A DNA stretch of 64,000 nucleotides from Minisyncoccota bacterium. GTDB lineage: Bacteria > Patescibacteriota > Minisyncoccia > Phycocordibacterales > PALSA-1337. The position numbers were made by a program, and so were the translations under genes. Positions 29,170 to 40,496 of this stretch are shown piece by piece. The DNA lies in the NCBI GenBank assembly GCA_041665385.1, contig JBAYIX010000003.1, positions 13,128 through 77,127 of the forward strand, in the 5' to 3' direction. The notes beneath the pieces were generated by a model. The model was not told the origin of the DNA, did no database searches, and saw only the letters and a program-made list of their open reading frames with translations. Each line of letters opens with the position of its first letter. Positions within the stretch are counted from its first letter, which is position 1.

Positions 29170-30916
29170 TGTTATTTGACGTAAAGATTTTCCATACGCT
29201 TTGTGTATTAAGATACCATTTGCTAATAGAGTTCCATCGGTCCGAAGGCACAGTCACGGAATTGAGGGCTATGCCTTTCAGATTTTTTGGGACTATGTAA
29301 GTGAAGTTAGGTGAATAAAGGAATATTGCTGGTAGGTCGGTGCGGATGAGCTTGTCTAGTTCTGTGTAATTTGCCGATCTCTTCTTGTCATCATTGGTGG
29401 AACGGATTTCCTCGAGGATTTTGTCAACCTTACTATTTGCATACATCGAGATGTTGAGGCCGGGGGCGTTCATCTGAGATGAGTGCCAGAAGGCGTACAA
29501 ATCACGGTCCTTGCCCATCTGCTGGCCGAACAGGAGAACGTCGTATTTTCTAGGCCGGATAACATTCTGGTATAGATCGCTCTGAGTGAAGGTCTTCACG
29601 CTTACTTCGGCACCCATTTTCCTCCAGGTTTCTTCGAGTATCTCCGCAGTCTTCTTGAGATCATCGGAATCCGCAGTATAAATGGTAAAGGATATGGTGG
29701 AGCTGGCTGTTTTCGAAATCTTTTTCACATATATGCCGGAGGCGTCCTTTTTCCAGCCGTTATTTTCGAGGAGGGTTTGGGCGTCTGTTATACCCTGAAA
29801 TACCGTACTGGAAGCCGCATCTCTATGTATTAGCCCGTTTGGTAATGGTCCGTCGAGAGGCACGCCGTAGCCGTTCAGGACTATGTCTATGATGGCTTGC
29901 TTGTCCAGGCTCACATCGAGTGCTTGGCGTACGGCTTTTTCGCTGAGAACTTTGGCCTGGTTCTGGTTTATGAAAATACTGAATAATCTCGGAAGCGGAG
30001 AAGATATGACTGTATATGACTCTGCACTGTCTGTTGCAAGCTTGGCTGCTTCATCTGCAGGTACTGCAGAGAGACTATCTATAGATCCATTGTCTATGGC
30101 CATGAGCGCTTTTTCATTGTCTGTAAACATGTCAAAGGTTATGGTGGAGATATATGGTTTGTCACCATAATAATTGTTCCACGTAGAAAGCTTGTACCTC
30201 GTCGGTATGCCATCGGAATCTTTTGCTATTGAGTTTACTTTGTAAGGGCCGGAACCTACTGGGCGAATATTATAATCGCTAAATATGAACTGATCGTCCG
30301 TGACAGTCGACCAGATATGTTTTGGTAGGATTCCCAAGGTGGTATTTGTAAGGAAGGGGGCATAAGGTTGCTTTAGGACGAAATGTATTTCGGTAGGGGA
30401 GATTTTTTCCACTGTGATATTTATCCAGTCCGCACGACGGGGACTCTTCAGTACCGCATCCATTACTTTTTGTATTGTAAACTCCACGTCATCTGCCGTG
30501 ACTTGTGAGCCGTCTTGAAACCTTGCTTCGGGGCGGATCTTGAATGTATATGTCAGGCCGTCGGGTGATATGGAAAATTCCGAAGCGAGGTCGGGTACGA
30601 TCTCCTGGCCGTCATATTTCATAAGACCGGAATAAACCAGAGCTGCTATGTCGCGGTCGGAATCAGTAATTGCAAGAACGGGGTTTATGGTCCTAGGTAG
30701 TCCGATAAGGCCTTCGTGGAGCTCTCCGCCGTATGCTGGTACGGATACTTTGAAATAACTGCTCGCACTCATGGCCATGGATAAGGCGGTGATGCCCGCT
30801 AGTACCACCAGAACGCCAAAAATAACTTTCTCTGTTGCCGAGAAACGTTCAATAATCTTCAGTATGCGAGAACCGCTTTTGAAGCGGAGCTCCTTTGTAG
30901 AATCAAATTCAGGCAC
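29162..30916 (-). CDS. ABC-type substrate-binding protein, family 5 (oligopeptide/nickel-like), membrane-anchored
   Basis: N-terminal TM anchor, then the SBP_bac_5 fold along its length. No adjacent permease genes. Confidence 0.7.
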   Translation of the reverse strand: MPEFDSTKELRFKSGSRILKIIERFSATEKVIFGVLVVLAGITALSMAMSASSYFKVSVPAYGGELHEGLIGLPRTINPVLAITDSDRDIAALVYSGLMKYDGQEIVPDLASEFSISPDGLTYTFKIRPEARFQDGSQVTADDVEFTIQKVMDAVLKSPRRADWINITVEKISPTEIHFVLKQPYAPFLTNTTLGILPKHIWSTVTDDQFIFSDYNIRPVGSGPYKVNSIAKDSDGIPTRYKLSTWNNYYGDKPYISTITFDMFTDNEKALMAIDNGSIDSLSAVPADEAAKLATDSAESYTVISSPLPRLFSIFINQNQAKVLSEKAVRQALDVSLDKQAIIDIVLNGYGVPLDGPLPNGLIHRDAASSTVFQGITDAQTLLENNGWKKDASGIYVKKISKTASSTISFTIYTADSDDLKKTAEILEETWRKMGAEVSVKTFTQSDLYQNVIRPRKYDVLLFGQQMGKDRDLYAFWHSSQMNAPGLNISMYANSKVDKILEEIRSTNDDKKRSANYTELDKLIRTDLPAIFLYSPNFTYIVPKNLKGIALNSVTVPSDRWNSISKWYLNTQSVWKIFTSNNNE

Positions 30917-30922
30917 TAAAAT

Positions 30923-31144
30923 TTAGATCAGATTTATAAGGGCCGACACTGCAAATAATATTGCGACTACTATTGTTATGATGAATAGCCATTTTTCTAG
31001 GCCTCTCCTGGTGTGGTAAGCGGAACTCCAGTTGTCACTACCCCCGAATGCGCCGCCGAGCTGAGCTCCGGTTCTCTGTAGGAGAATAGCGGAAATCAGA
31101 ATTACGGACAGGATCACCTGGAGGTAAGGGAGGAGAGATTTCAT
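30923..31144 (-). CDS. secG: preprotein translocase subunit SecG
   Basis: 73 aa, two TM helices, LLQRTGAQLGGAFGG motif. Confidence 0.7.
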   Translation of the reverse strand: MKSLLPYLQVILSVILISAILLQRTGAQLGGAFGGSDNWSSAYHTRRGLEKWLFIITIVVAILFAVSALINLI

Positions 31145-31187
31145 TTACCTGATAAGGCTATCATAGGCTTTATTTTTTTGCAATGAG

Positions 31188-31355
31188 TTTCGACCCTGCC
31201 GCACTCTCTTCCCTCGACTGCGGATTCACTCGTCACATCTCGGCATTTCCACAAACTGTGCCCTGCAAGGATTCGGTCACAGTTTGGGAAATGCATCGAG
31301 ATCTGACTTCGTGAAGAGTCCTCGCCTTCGGGAAGAGAGTGCGGCAGGGTCGAAA
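31188..31355. repeat. perfect 26-bp inverted repeat flanking a 116-nt structured spacer in the secG-groES divergent region
   Basis: tttcgaccctgccgcactctcttccc at 31188-31213 versus the exact reverse complement at 31330-31355. Inner near-palindrome ccacaaactgtg ... cacagtttggg. The arms contain GCACTC / GAGTGC hexamers. Confidence 0.8.
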
Positions 31356-31549
31356 TAAATCAATGGGATTATTCCTGAAAAATAATAATATATGCTTGTC
31401 AAGTTGCTCAATCGGCTCAAATAACTATAATTGACCCTACGAGACTGGAAAGCGCCTTTTGGTGTGTTTTTGGTCATATTTATCACATTTTGTTTCAGTT
31501 TCAGTAATAATTAACGGTATTTATAAGCACTAACTAATCTTTTTAAAAT

Positions 31550-31879
31550 ATGTCAAAAGACAATAAGGATAATAAGGCAGGAAACAAGATAGCACTACAG
31601 CCACTCCAGGACCGTGTGCTCATAAAAGAGAATACTGACACAAAGGAAAGGAAGACTTCATTTGGCATCATCATTCCTGTCACTTCCGAAGAAGACAAGG
31701 GAAGCAAGAAGGGAGAAGTCATAGCTGTAGGCCCAGGCAAGATAGAAGACGGCAAGCTCGTACCTGTCTCTGTAAAAGTTGGTAGTGAAGTGCTCTTTCA
31801 GTGGGGAGACAAGATAAAGATGGGAGAGGATGAATACTACCTCGTCCGCGAGAGTGAAATATTAGCAGTCATAAAGTAG
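31550..31879 (+). CDS. groES: co-chaperonin GroES
   Basis: 109 aa canonical Cpn10. Confidence 0.95.
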   Translation: MSKDNKDNKAGNKIALQPLQDRVLIKENTDTKERKTSFGIIIPVTSEEDKGSKKGEVIAVGPGKIEDGKLVPVSVKVGSEVLFQWGDKIKMGEDEYYLVRESEILAVIK

Positions 31880-33553
<1,674 letters not shown>

Positions 33554-33576
33554 AAAGTTGTGTTTTTGCGCAGCTT

Positions 33577-34272
33577 TTGTATAATAATTTCACTATGAAT
33601 AAATCAAAAGGTTCCACATCTCTGATCGTGATCGTGATTGCGCTTGTCGTTATCGGCCTTATCGTATGGTTCGGCAGGACTCCTTCGAATGTAACGCCTT
33701 CCTTCGAGGCAGAAGGTGATGCTCCAGTAGCTGTATCTGAAACCACAAAGGTTTCCGGTTCTGTCTCCGAGTATCAAAATGCCGAGCTCGGCTTTTCCGT
33801 AAAGTATCCTACGTCTTGGGAAAAGGAAGAAGCCAATAGTGGTGTGAATTTCGTCATTCCTATAGATAAGAGCCAAGTCTCTACTATTGCGACCTTGCAG
33901 GCGAATGTTCAGGTGCTTCCTGGTACATGTGCTTTTCCTCCTGTGACTACAATTAAGGACAGGAGCACGCTCAAGGTTGGTGAAAACACCTTCAACATGA
34001 TCTCCATGTCGAACACTGTTCAGACTCGCACATATTTCAATCGTATGTATTCTTTGCAGTCAGAAGGCATCTGCTACATGTTCTCGCTCGCGTCTATCGA
34101 CTTCACTCCGGCCAGCAAAGGCCTCACAGGATCCCAGGTCACACAAGCACAGAATAATAACAAGGCTATCATAGCTACCGCAGATTCAGATTTCCAAAGC
34201 ATGATAAAATCCTTTGCTTTCGTCGTTTTGCCAGCAGGCAGTGATGAGACCAAGGCTGCTCCAGGAAAGTAG
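33577..34272 (+). CDS. hypothetical membrane-anchored secreted protein
   Basis: N-terminal TM (STSLIVIVIALVVIGLIVWF), then a Ser/Thr-rich ectodomain. Confidence 0.4.
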   Translation: MYNNFTMNKSKGSTSLIVIVIALVVIGLIVWFGRTPSNVTPSFEAEGDAPVAVSETTKVSGSVSEYQNAELGFSVKYPTSWEKEEANSGVNFVIPIDKSQVSTIATLQANVQVLPGTCAFPPVTTIKDRSTLKVGENTFNMISMSNTVQTRTYFNRMYSLQSEGICYMFSLASIDFTPASKGLTGSQVTQAQNNNKAIIATADSDFQSMIKSFAFVVLPAGSDETKAAPGK

Positions 34273-34311
34273 GTAACGTCTGGTTGTGTTTATTCGTTAT
34301 CAAAAAAAATC

Positions 34312-34866
34312 ATGTTGTACATTATTTTAGGCATAGTAGTACTCGCGGTTATCTGGGCGGTGTTTTCTTACAATCGTCTGGTCACAGCCGTCAATAGGGC
34401 CAAGGAAGCTTGGTCGGATATAGATGTACAGCTCAAGCGTCGTTATGACCTCATACCGAACTTGGTAAATACGGTCAAAGGCTATGCGACTCACGAGAGT
34501 CAGGCCTTCGAAAATGTTACAAAAGCTCGTTCCGCAGCTATGGGTGCTGGCAGTCTATCCGAGAAGGGTCAGGCGGAGTCTATGCTCGCTGGAGCTCTAA
34601 AGTCTGTTTTTGCCATTGCCGAAGCCTATCCCGAACTCAAAGCAAACCAAAACTTCCTCGCTCTACAGAGTGAACTTTCTGACACAGAAAACAAGATCCA
34701 AGCGGCAAGACGCTTCTATAATGGTAATGTTCGCGATCTAAATACCTCTATACAGGTATTTCCTGGCAATATCATTGCGGGTGCTTTCCACTTTGTTCCC
34801 ATGGAGTTCTTCCAGCTCGATCCCAACGATGCTGCCGCAAAACAGCCGGTAGAAGTAAAGTTCTAA
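34312..34866 (+). CDS. LemA family protein
   Basis: N-terminal TM followed by the LemA signature NRLV ... DIDVQLKRRYDLIPNLV. Confidence 0.85.
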   Translation: MLYIILGIVVLAVIWAVFSYNRLVTAVNRAKEAWSDIDVQLKRRYDLIPNLVNTVKGYATHESQAFENVTKARSAAMGAGSLSEKGQAESMLAGALKSVFAIAEAYPELKANQNFLALQSELSDTENKIQAARRFYNGNVRDLNTSIQVFPGNIIAGAFHFVPMEFFQLDPNDAAAKQPVEVKF

Positions 34867-35766
34867 GTGTCTACGCTATATACACAACAGGCAACAAACG
34901 TCCGAAAAACCTGGCTTCTCATGTCGGTGTTTTTTGCCTTTATCGTCTCCCTGGGCTGGTTCGTCGGATATTATTATGAAAATATTGTCATTTTGCCGAT
35001 AGCTATTATTTTTTCTCTGGTTATGAATATTGCGAGCTATTGGTATTCTGACAAGATATCTCTTGCTCTCGCCGGGGCACATCCTGCAAACAGGTTGGAC
35101 AATGTCGAGCTCTATCGCATAGTGGAGAATCTTTCTATTACTGCGGGCTTGCCTCTGCCCGGAATATATATCATAGACGACATGTCACCAAATGCTTTTG
35201 CTACCGGACGAGATAAGGACCATGCGGCTATAGCTGTTACGACTGGGCTTATCCGTATGTTGGATAAAACCGAGCTAGAAGGAGTTATCGCACACGAGCT
35301 CTCCCATATAGGCAATCGTGATACACTCCTCCAGACAGTAGTGGTCGTGCTGGTGGGCTTTGTATCCATACTCGCACATTTCTTTACCCGGAGCATGTTC
35401 TTGGGCGGCAACAGGCGGGACAATGACCGAGGCCAGCTGGGTGCTGTACTTGCCATCGTGGGTGTGGTTTTTGTGATCTTGTCGCCTATTATTGCCCAGA
35501 TTATTCAGCTCGCTATATCGCGAAAGAGGGAGTTCCTGGCGGATGCTAGTGGCGCCCTCATGACCCGATATCCAGAAGGGCTTGCGAGCGCACTCTTGAA
35601 AATATCGAGCTATTCTCAGCCGCTAAAAAATGCCAACAATGCCACGGCACATCTTTTCATTTCAAATCCCTTTGGCCCCAAAGCCTATAGAGGTCTCGCC
35701 AAACTTTTCATGACCCATCCTCCTACGGAAGAGAGGGTAGCGGCGCTCCGAGGAATGAAAGCGTGA
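34867..35766 (+). CDS. htpX: zinc metalloprotease HtpX (M48)
   Basis: HELSHIGNRD (HExxH), four TM helices, C-terminal THPPTEERV. Confidence 0.85.
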   Translation: MSTLYTQQATNVRKTWLLMSVFFAFIVSLGWFVGYYYENIVILPIAIIFSLVMNIASYWYSDKISLALAGAHPANRLDNVELYRIVENLSITAGLPLPGIYIIDDMSPNAFATGRDKDHAAIAVTTGLIRMLDKTELEGVIAHELSHIGNRDTLLQTVVVVLVGFVSILAHFFTRSMFLGGNRRDNDRGQLGAVLAIVGVVFVILSPIIAQIIQLAISRKREFLADASGALMTRYPEGLASALLKISSYSQPLKNANNATAHLFISNPFGPKAYRGLAKLFMTHPPTEERVAALRGMKA

Positions 35767-35780
35767 GAAGGGTAGTATGA

Positions 35781-36638
35781 CTATTTTTGTGCCAAGTCGT
35801 GCTCTCGGAGACTTTCCGCATATATCCTTTCTACATCTGCGGCCGCAAGTGCCTGAGGATATATTCTGACATCGTCGATATAACCGGTAAAGTTCGTGTT
35901 TGAGTTTGTACTCTTACCAACATACACATATCCGTTCACATCGTAGCCAATAAATCCTCCTGTATCGACTACAGCAGGTTTGCCGTCGATGTAGAGAGTA
36001 GTTATACCAGTTGAGTCGTTGTGTGTAGCTGTGATCTGAACCCATTTATTGACGGAACTAGAATTTACTTCGCTCGCGTATAAACAGTGGAATGTACTGG
36101 AGGCACCGCAAGTCGTGTTTACTTGGTTAGTATTAAAATAAAATAGTATTTTATTATTGTAGTTCCAGCCTATGATGGGGTATGAAAATGTTCCAGCTGT
36201 ATAAGTAAATACAACCTTATTTGTCTGAGTAATAGTCGGCTTTGCCCATACACTCAGAGTCCAGCTACGACCCACAGGTACGCCCGTAGAAGATAATCCG
36301 TACGAAGAACCGGAAAAATACATGGAATTTCCAGTGACACCATCTGCTGAAGTTGGTCCGCCGGTAAAGATGAGGGTATTGTTGTTTCCAGAAGTATCTT
36401 GCCCCAAGTTTCCACTGTTGTTGAAATCCCACATTGCTCCTGCTGTTGCACCGAGCGAGTGGTAGTTGGTAGAGTCGAACTGTAGAGCTACTCCTGTCAC
36501 TGCTCTATCTCTGGCGTTCCGTAGGGCCACCAGTATAGTCGATGAGAGAGTACCTATTATAGATATGACGACCAAAAGTTCTATGAGAGTAAATCCTCGA
36601 GCCGTATTGTTAAGAATCATCAGTTTATTATAGCGCAT
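35781..36638 (-). CDS. prepilin-type N-terminus fused to a LamG-like (concanavalin-like) domain
   Basis: ARG|FTLIELLVVISIIGTLSS class III signal. C-terminal DDVRIYPQAL motif typical of Laminin_G_3. Confidence 0.6.
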   Translation of the reverse strand: MRYNKLMILNNTARGFTLIELLVVISIIGTLSSTILVALRNARDRAVTGVALQFDSTNYHSLGATAGAMWDFNNSGNLGQDTSGNNNTLIFTGGPTSADGVTGNSMYFSGSSYGLSSTGVPVGRSWTLSVWAKPTITQTNKVVFTYTAGTFSYPIIGWNYNNKILFYFNTNQVNTTCGASSTFHCLYASEVNSSSVNKWVQITATHNDSTGITTLYIDGKPAVVDTGGFIGYDVNGYVYVGKSTNSNTNFTGYIDDVRIYPQALAAADVERIYAESLREHDLAQK

Positions 36639-36736
36639 TTACCCGGATTTTTTTGGGTAGAAATATTTACAAATAGTTGCGGTTTGTAACATGTTTTTCT
36701 CCAAGTAGTCTATAATGTGTGTATGATCGATAGAAT

Positions 36737-37291
36737 ATGAAAATGAAACACAAGTTATATTACAAAATCTTTATTTTGGTCACTCTCTTCGTTGTTGCAG
36801 TACTTTTGGCCAATCTAATAAAAGGTAACTCCGTCGTCCAAGACATTACGGAGCGATTTGGCTATATGGGAGTATTCATCCTCGGTTTTGTGAGTGGATT
36901 CAACGTGTGGGTGCCAGTGCCGGCAATGAGTTTCCTCTCTATTTTTACAGAAGCGGGACTGAACGTTGTGGTCGTTGTCGCGGTCGTGAGTTTCGGAATG
37001 ACTTGTGGAGATACGGTGGGATACCTCGTGGGCAAGCTTGGCAGGAAAGCGGCGGGGGACCTACCCATACCGTCATGGATTCGCAGAATAGAAGAAATTG
37101 TAAATCACTACAAATACGGACTGCCGACATTCCTATTTTTATATGCTGGTTTTGTGCCGCTACCAAATGAATTGATCGTCGTACCTGCTGCCGCTACAGG
37201 TAGGGAATGGTATGTGATACTTGTGCCACTATTCCTGGGAAACGTGGTCTTCAATACACTTATTTTCATGGGGATAACTAGTATGTTTTGA
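36737..37291 (+). CDS. DedA/VTT-like small membrane protein
   Basis: GDTVGYLVGKLGRK motif. Four to five TM helices. Confidence 0.45.
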   Translation: MKMKHKLYYKIFILVTLFVVAVLLANLIKGNSVVQDITERFGYMGVFILGFVSGFNVWVPVPAMSFLSIFTEAGLNVVVVVAVVSFGMTCGDTVGYLVGKLGRKAAGDLPIPSWIRRIEEIVNHYKYGLPTFLFLYAGFVPLPNELIVVPAAATGREWYVILVPLFLGNVVFNTLIFMGITSMF

Positions 37292-37331
37292 GAAAGTGTA
37301 ATAACAAAACACCCGCGATAATAAACAACAA

Positions 37332-37362
37332 AACACCAAGAGAATTCTCTTGGTGTTTTGTG
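37332..37362 (+). terminator. Rho-independent terminator
   Basis: AACACCAAGAG-AATT-CTCTTGGTGTT is an 11-bp stem, then TTGTGT. Confidence 0.55.
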
Positions 37363-37430
37363 TAAACGTGATAGCACGTGAGTCGCACTGAAGCGTCAGG
37401 CTCGTGAGAACACGTTACTCACAGGTTGTC

Positions 37431-37454
37431 ACTGCGGAGAGGAGGGGATTCGAA
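37431..37454. repeat. direct repeat matching the tRNA-Ser 3' end (23 of 24 nt); putative attL-like site
   Basis: actgcggagaggaGgggattcgaa versus tRNA-Ser 3' region 40493-40516 actgcggagaggaAgggattcgaa. Confidence 0.6.
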
Positions 37455-37615
37455 GCTTACAGCCGTTCAGCAGAACGTGCCGGAGGAGGTGCGGTACAGG
37501 TTTCGCATTCATGAGGTAGGATGCCACCTCATGAATAGGCTCAACCTTTTCGAATTCCTTCACGCAAGCCGCGAAGGCGGCTTGCTCTCTCCTTCGTTTA
37601 CTCGCTGCGCTCGTT

Positions 37616-37639
37616 CACTGCGGAGACGGTGGGATGAAG
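37616..37639. repeat. second, more degenerate copy of the tRNA-Ser 3'-end repeat
   Basis: cactgcggagacggtgggatgaag. Shares tcactgcggaga with the copy at 37430. Confidence 0.45.
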
Positions 37640-37706
37640 TTGGAACTTATTTGGCTTGTAATATAAATAAACTAGTAACAATTCAATAAAGTTGTAGAAT
37701 GGCCAC

Positions 37707-38648
37707 ATGGATATTCAATTGAGCAGAAATTCAAAATGTAGCTGTGGCAGCGGGAAAAAATATAAAAAATGCTGTCTTGAAAAAGACCAGCAAAATAGAC
37801 CTGCATCAGTACCGGGTGGAGCTATTGCCGGTGTTCTTTATGGACCAATATCAACGGCATCAGAGGACCACTTCCTTAATCGGTTCATGTTCGGAATTCT
37901 GAATATTCGCGATTTTGTAGTTCCCAAGGAAAAGCGGAACGAATTTGACAAAGATTATGATGCTATCCTTCAGAATCTTACTGAAGCCAATTTTGCTAAA
38001 GACTTCTCGTTGAGCTGTATGAAAGGTCATATTAAGGCTATTCATGACGGTAAAGACGGCGTCGTGACAGGTTATCAATTGAATGTGACCCATCCTATAG
38101 ATACGGAACTAAACGTATTCTTCAAAGATTTCTTCATCCGATCAACAATGGCAATAGGCGGGCTGCAAAGACTGCTGAATAAGTGGTTCGGGTATAACAC
38201 AAGCTTTCTCTTTTCTGATGACGAAAAGAAGTTCAAAAAAGGCGCGTCGTCTTTCAAACTTGACCAAAAAGATCCCCGATTTCAAAATCTGGCAATGTTC
38301 ATAAAATCACACCGAGATGATTGGTATATAAAATTTAAGGATCTGAGAGATGACATTGAGCACAATGGTTACAAATTGCCCCAGATAAAACACAGGGTTG
38401 GACCAGATGGAAAAGTACAGGTTCTGTTTCCGGCACCCCACGGACAAACCATAGAGCAAATCCTAAATATAGGTTGGAACAATTTGTTGAATTTATGTGA
38501 AGAAGTCCTTGTGTTTATTATGAGTCTTGAATTAAAGGACCAATACATTATCTGGAAAGTACCGGAAGAGAAAAGGGAACAATTCAATTGGGTTAGATAC
38601 AAAGTATCAATTCCAGATTTTCCCGAAGCGCACGTCTCATGCTCGTAG
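37707..38648 (+). CDS. SEC-C motif (CxCGSGKKYKKCC zinc-binding) N-terminal domain protein, function unknown
   Basis: N-terminal KCSCGSGKKYKKCCL equals the SecA C-terminal/YchJ-type metal-binding motif. The remaining roughly 290 aa have no recognisable motifs. Confidence 0.45.
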   Translation: MDIQLSRNSKCSCGSGKKYKKCCLEKDQQNRPASVPGGAIAGVLYGPISTASEDHFLNRFMFGILNIRDFVVPKEKRNEFDKDYDAILQNLTEANFAKDFSLSCMKGHIKAIHDGKDGVVTGYQLNVTHPIDTELNVFFKDFFIRSTMAIGGLQRLLNKWFGYNTSFLFSDDEKKFKKGASSFKLDQKDPRFQNLAMFIKSHRDDWYIKFKDLRDDIEHNGYKLPQIKHRVGPDGKVQVLFPAPHGQTIEQILNIGWNNLLNLCEEVLVFIMSLELKDQYIIWKVPEEKREQFNWVRYKVSIPDFPEAHVSCS

Positions 38649-38777
38649 AGATTCAACCCACAGAGTTGAAGGCGGTGTGGTGACGTCGAAACTTTTCTTG
38701 CATTGAATATAGCCAAAATTTGGGTAAAAGAAGAACCGCTCGACAAAAGCCAAGCGGCCTTCGTGAGCGGTGTTGAT

Positions 38778-39299
38778 TTAACCGACTTTTTGAGTTGGGT
38801 GCTGTCTCGCAAAGATCCATCGATCAGCCCATCCATAAGGCATCAGGTCGAGCTTTGTGACAGGTGAATGCGTAGTTATGCGACGGTTTTTTGCATCCGC
38901 TTCCATCGGAATCACTTCCGAGTAGCGAAGTAGGAATTTTTCACCCGATAATTCTAACGGCTCCATCGCAACATTGATCCACGCCTGACCGTAGAACTTG
39001 ACTCTTGGTTCTAACGGATAGGCTAGTGCAGCCATCTCCGCCGTGCAGAGCATGTATCCTTTGGCGACAATGGCTTCGTAGACTTTCTCTACCGAGGCTA
39101 CAGATTCACCTGTTAATTCATAGTCTGGTGCACAGAAGAGATCTACCTCGATCTGAGTCTTCGATGGGGCGTACTGACGCAACGCCGGAACGACACCTTC
39201 GCCGATCCAGAAACCATTGTGTCGTTTTTCTTCGAGGATTTCCTCGATAGATGTGTAGGTGCCAAGTTGCACCGTTCTTGTGTGAATGGGCTGGTTCAT
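38778..39299 (-). CDS. hypothetical protein
   Basis: 173 aa, no motifs recognised. Confidence 0.35.
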   Translation of the reverse strand: MNQPIHTRTVQLGTYTSIEEILEEKRHNGFWIGEGVVPALRQYAPSKTQIEVDLFCAPDYELTGESVASVEKVYEAIVAKGYMLCTAEMAALAYPLEPRVKFYGQAWINVAMEPLELSGEKFLLRYSEVIPMEADAKNRRITTHSPVTKLDLMPYGWADRWIFARQHPTQKVG

Positions 39300-39492
39300 T
39301 TGTTTCTCTTTCTCAAAGTTTTTGAAGTTGAAAATGACTTTAAAATCACATCAATTGTGAGCTTAAAGTCACTTTCAACCTATATCAAAGATCTGGACTT
39401 TCAGGATTCGCGATTATTCGATCGTAAATCCAGTTGAGTGCCCCACATTGCTGTGAGGCCGAGATTACGTTCAATCTCAAAAGTGATGAAGG

Positions 39493-40212
39493 TTACTTGT
39501 TCGCAGAAGCTCTTTCCGTATTATCCTTCGTGAGCTGCGCGGACGCTTGTTTAAAGATTTCTCCTTTATCAGGCGTCAGACCAAAGTCGTGCGTCGCGAC
39601 ATTCCAGATTCGATCAAACATTCCTTCGCAATGTTCAATCCAATTGCCCGCGTGAATGACGCTAAAGCGGGCTATGTCCGGCACGATTCGGATCGTTTCA
39701 AAGTCTGCTTGCGCATCAAGAATCCTGTAAGCCGCTCGAACCAGTCTTTCCTTAACCTGCGGATCGTCAATTACATCCCAGTAAGGATTGCCTTGGCCTA
39801 GGTAGTTGAGCGAATCCACTGATCTGCCAAGTCGGGCAAAGATCTCGTCGCAGTCGGAGATGTTTTGTCTAGCGGCTTGATTCTCGTTATCCAAGCGCCT
39901 CAGCCAAACAAAGCATGCAACGACCATCGAAAACGGAATACCCCGTATCACTGCAACCCAGACAGGGTCAACGATACCCCACTTAGAAGTATACGTGATC
40001 GCCAGGATAAAGAGAGCACCGAGCCCAAACATTATCTTCTGGATTCGGTTGATCTTCGTGTCGTTTTGCTTGATTTTGGCGAGAGCCGTCTCCCTTTCTT
40101 GTTTTGCCTTGAGCAAGCTTTGACCGTGGATCATTGCCTTTTCCCATTGCAAACGGAGACTCTCGGCGACAACGCGCATCAGGACTTCGATTTCTTTCTC
40201 AGTAATTTTCAC
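39493..40212 (-). CDS. hypothetical protein with N-terminal coiled coil, two adjacent TM helices and a C-terminal soluble domain
   Basis: TM pair IMFGLGALFILAITY / VWVAVIRGIPFSMVVACFVWL. No catalytic motifs recognised. Confidence 0.35.
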   Translation of the reverse strand: MKITEKEIEVLMRVVAESLRLQWEKAMIHGQSLLKAKQERETALAKIKQNDTKINRIQKIMFGLGALFILAITYTSKWGIVDPVWVAVIRGIPFSMVVACFVWLRRLDNENQAARQNISDCDEIFARLGRSVDSLNYLGQGNPYWDVIDDPQVKERLVRAAYRILDAQADFETIRIVPDIARFSVIHAGNWIEHCEGMFDRIWNVATHDFGLTPDKGEIFKQASAQLTKDNTERASANK

Positions 40213-40496
40213 AGAACTTTCCTTTCAGTGCCATTTTAGACCATGGGGTTGTAGCCCATTTTTACAAGCTTGTGACCTGTAAAAATACTTCATGCAGTCT
40301 AGAACAGTTGGCGGCTATTCTGCGGGGTATTATAACAAATTACATAACGAAAGTCAAGCATTGTCTAGGTTTTAACATGGCTCTGCTTAGCCACATTTCT
40401 CCGCTAAATTTATTCGTGACCGGTGATTCATGGTTGCTCCTCAAGAATATTTTAAGCCACAGACTTCTTGTCCACTTTATGGGGTACGGATCAACT

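Noticed and set aside
31145-31549. Canonical CIRCE (TTAGCACTC-N9-GAGTGCTAA) upstream of groES
   Set aside because: Only isolated half-site-like hexamers were found (within the 26-bp IR arms and taagcacta at about 31520). No properly spaced N9 operator.
37457-37615. Possible tmRNA/tRNA-like gene between the two tRNA-Ser-derived repeats (GGGGATTCGAAGC resembles a tmRNA 5' region)
   Set aside because: No complementary 3' acceptor/T-arm, no tag reading frame, and no T-loop consensus. More likely part of the integration scar.
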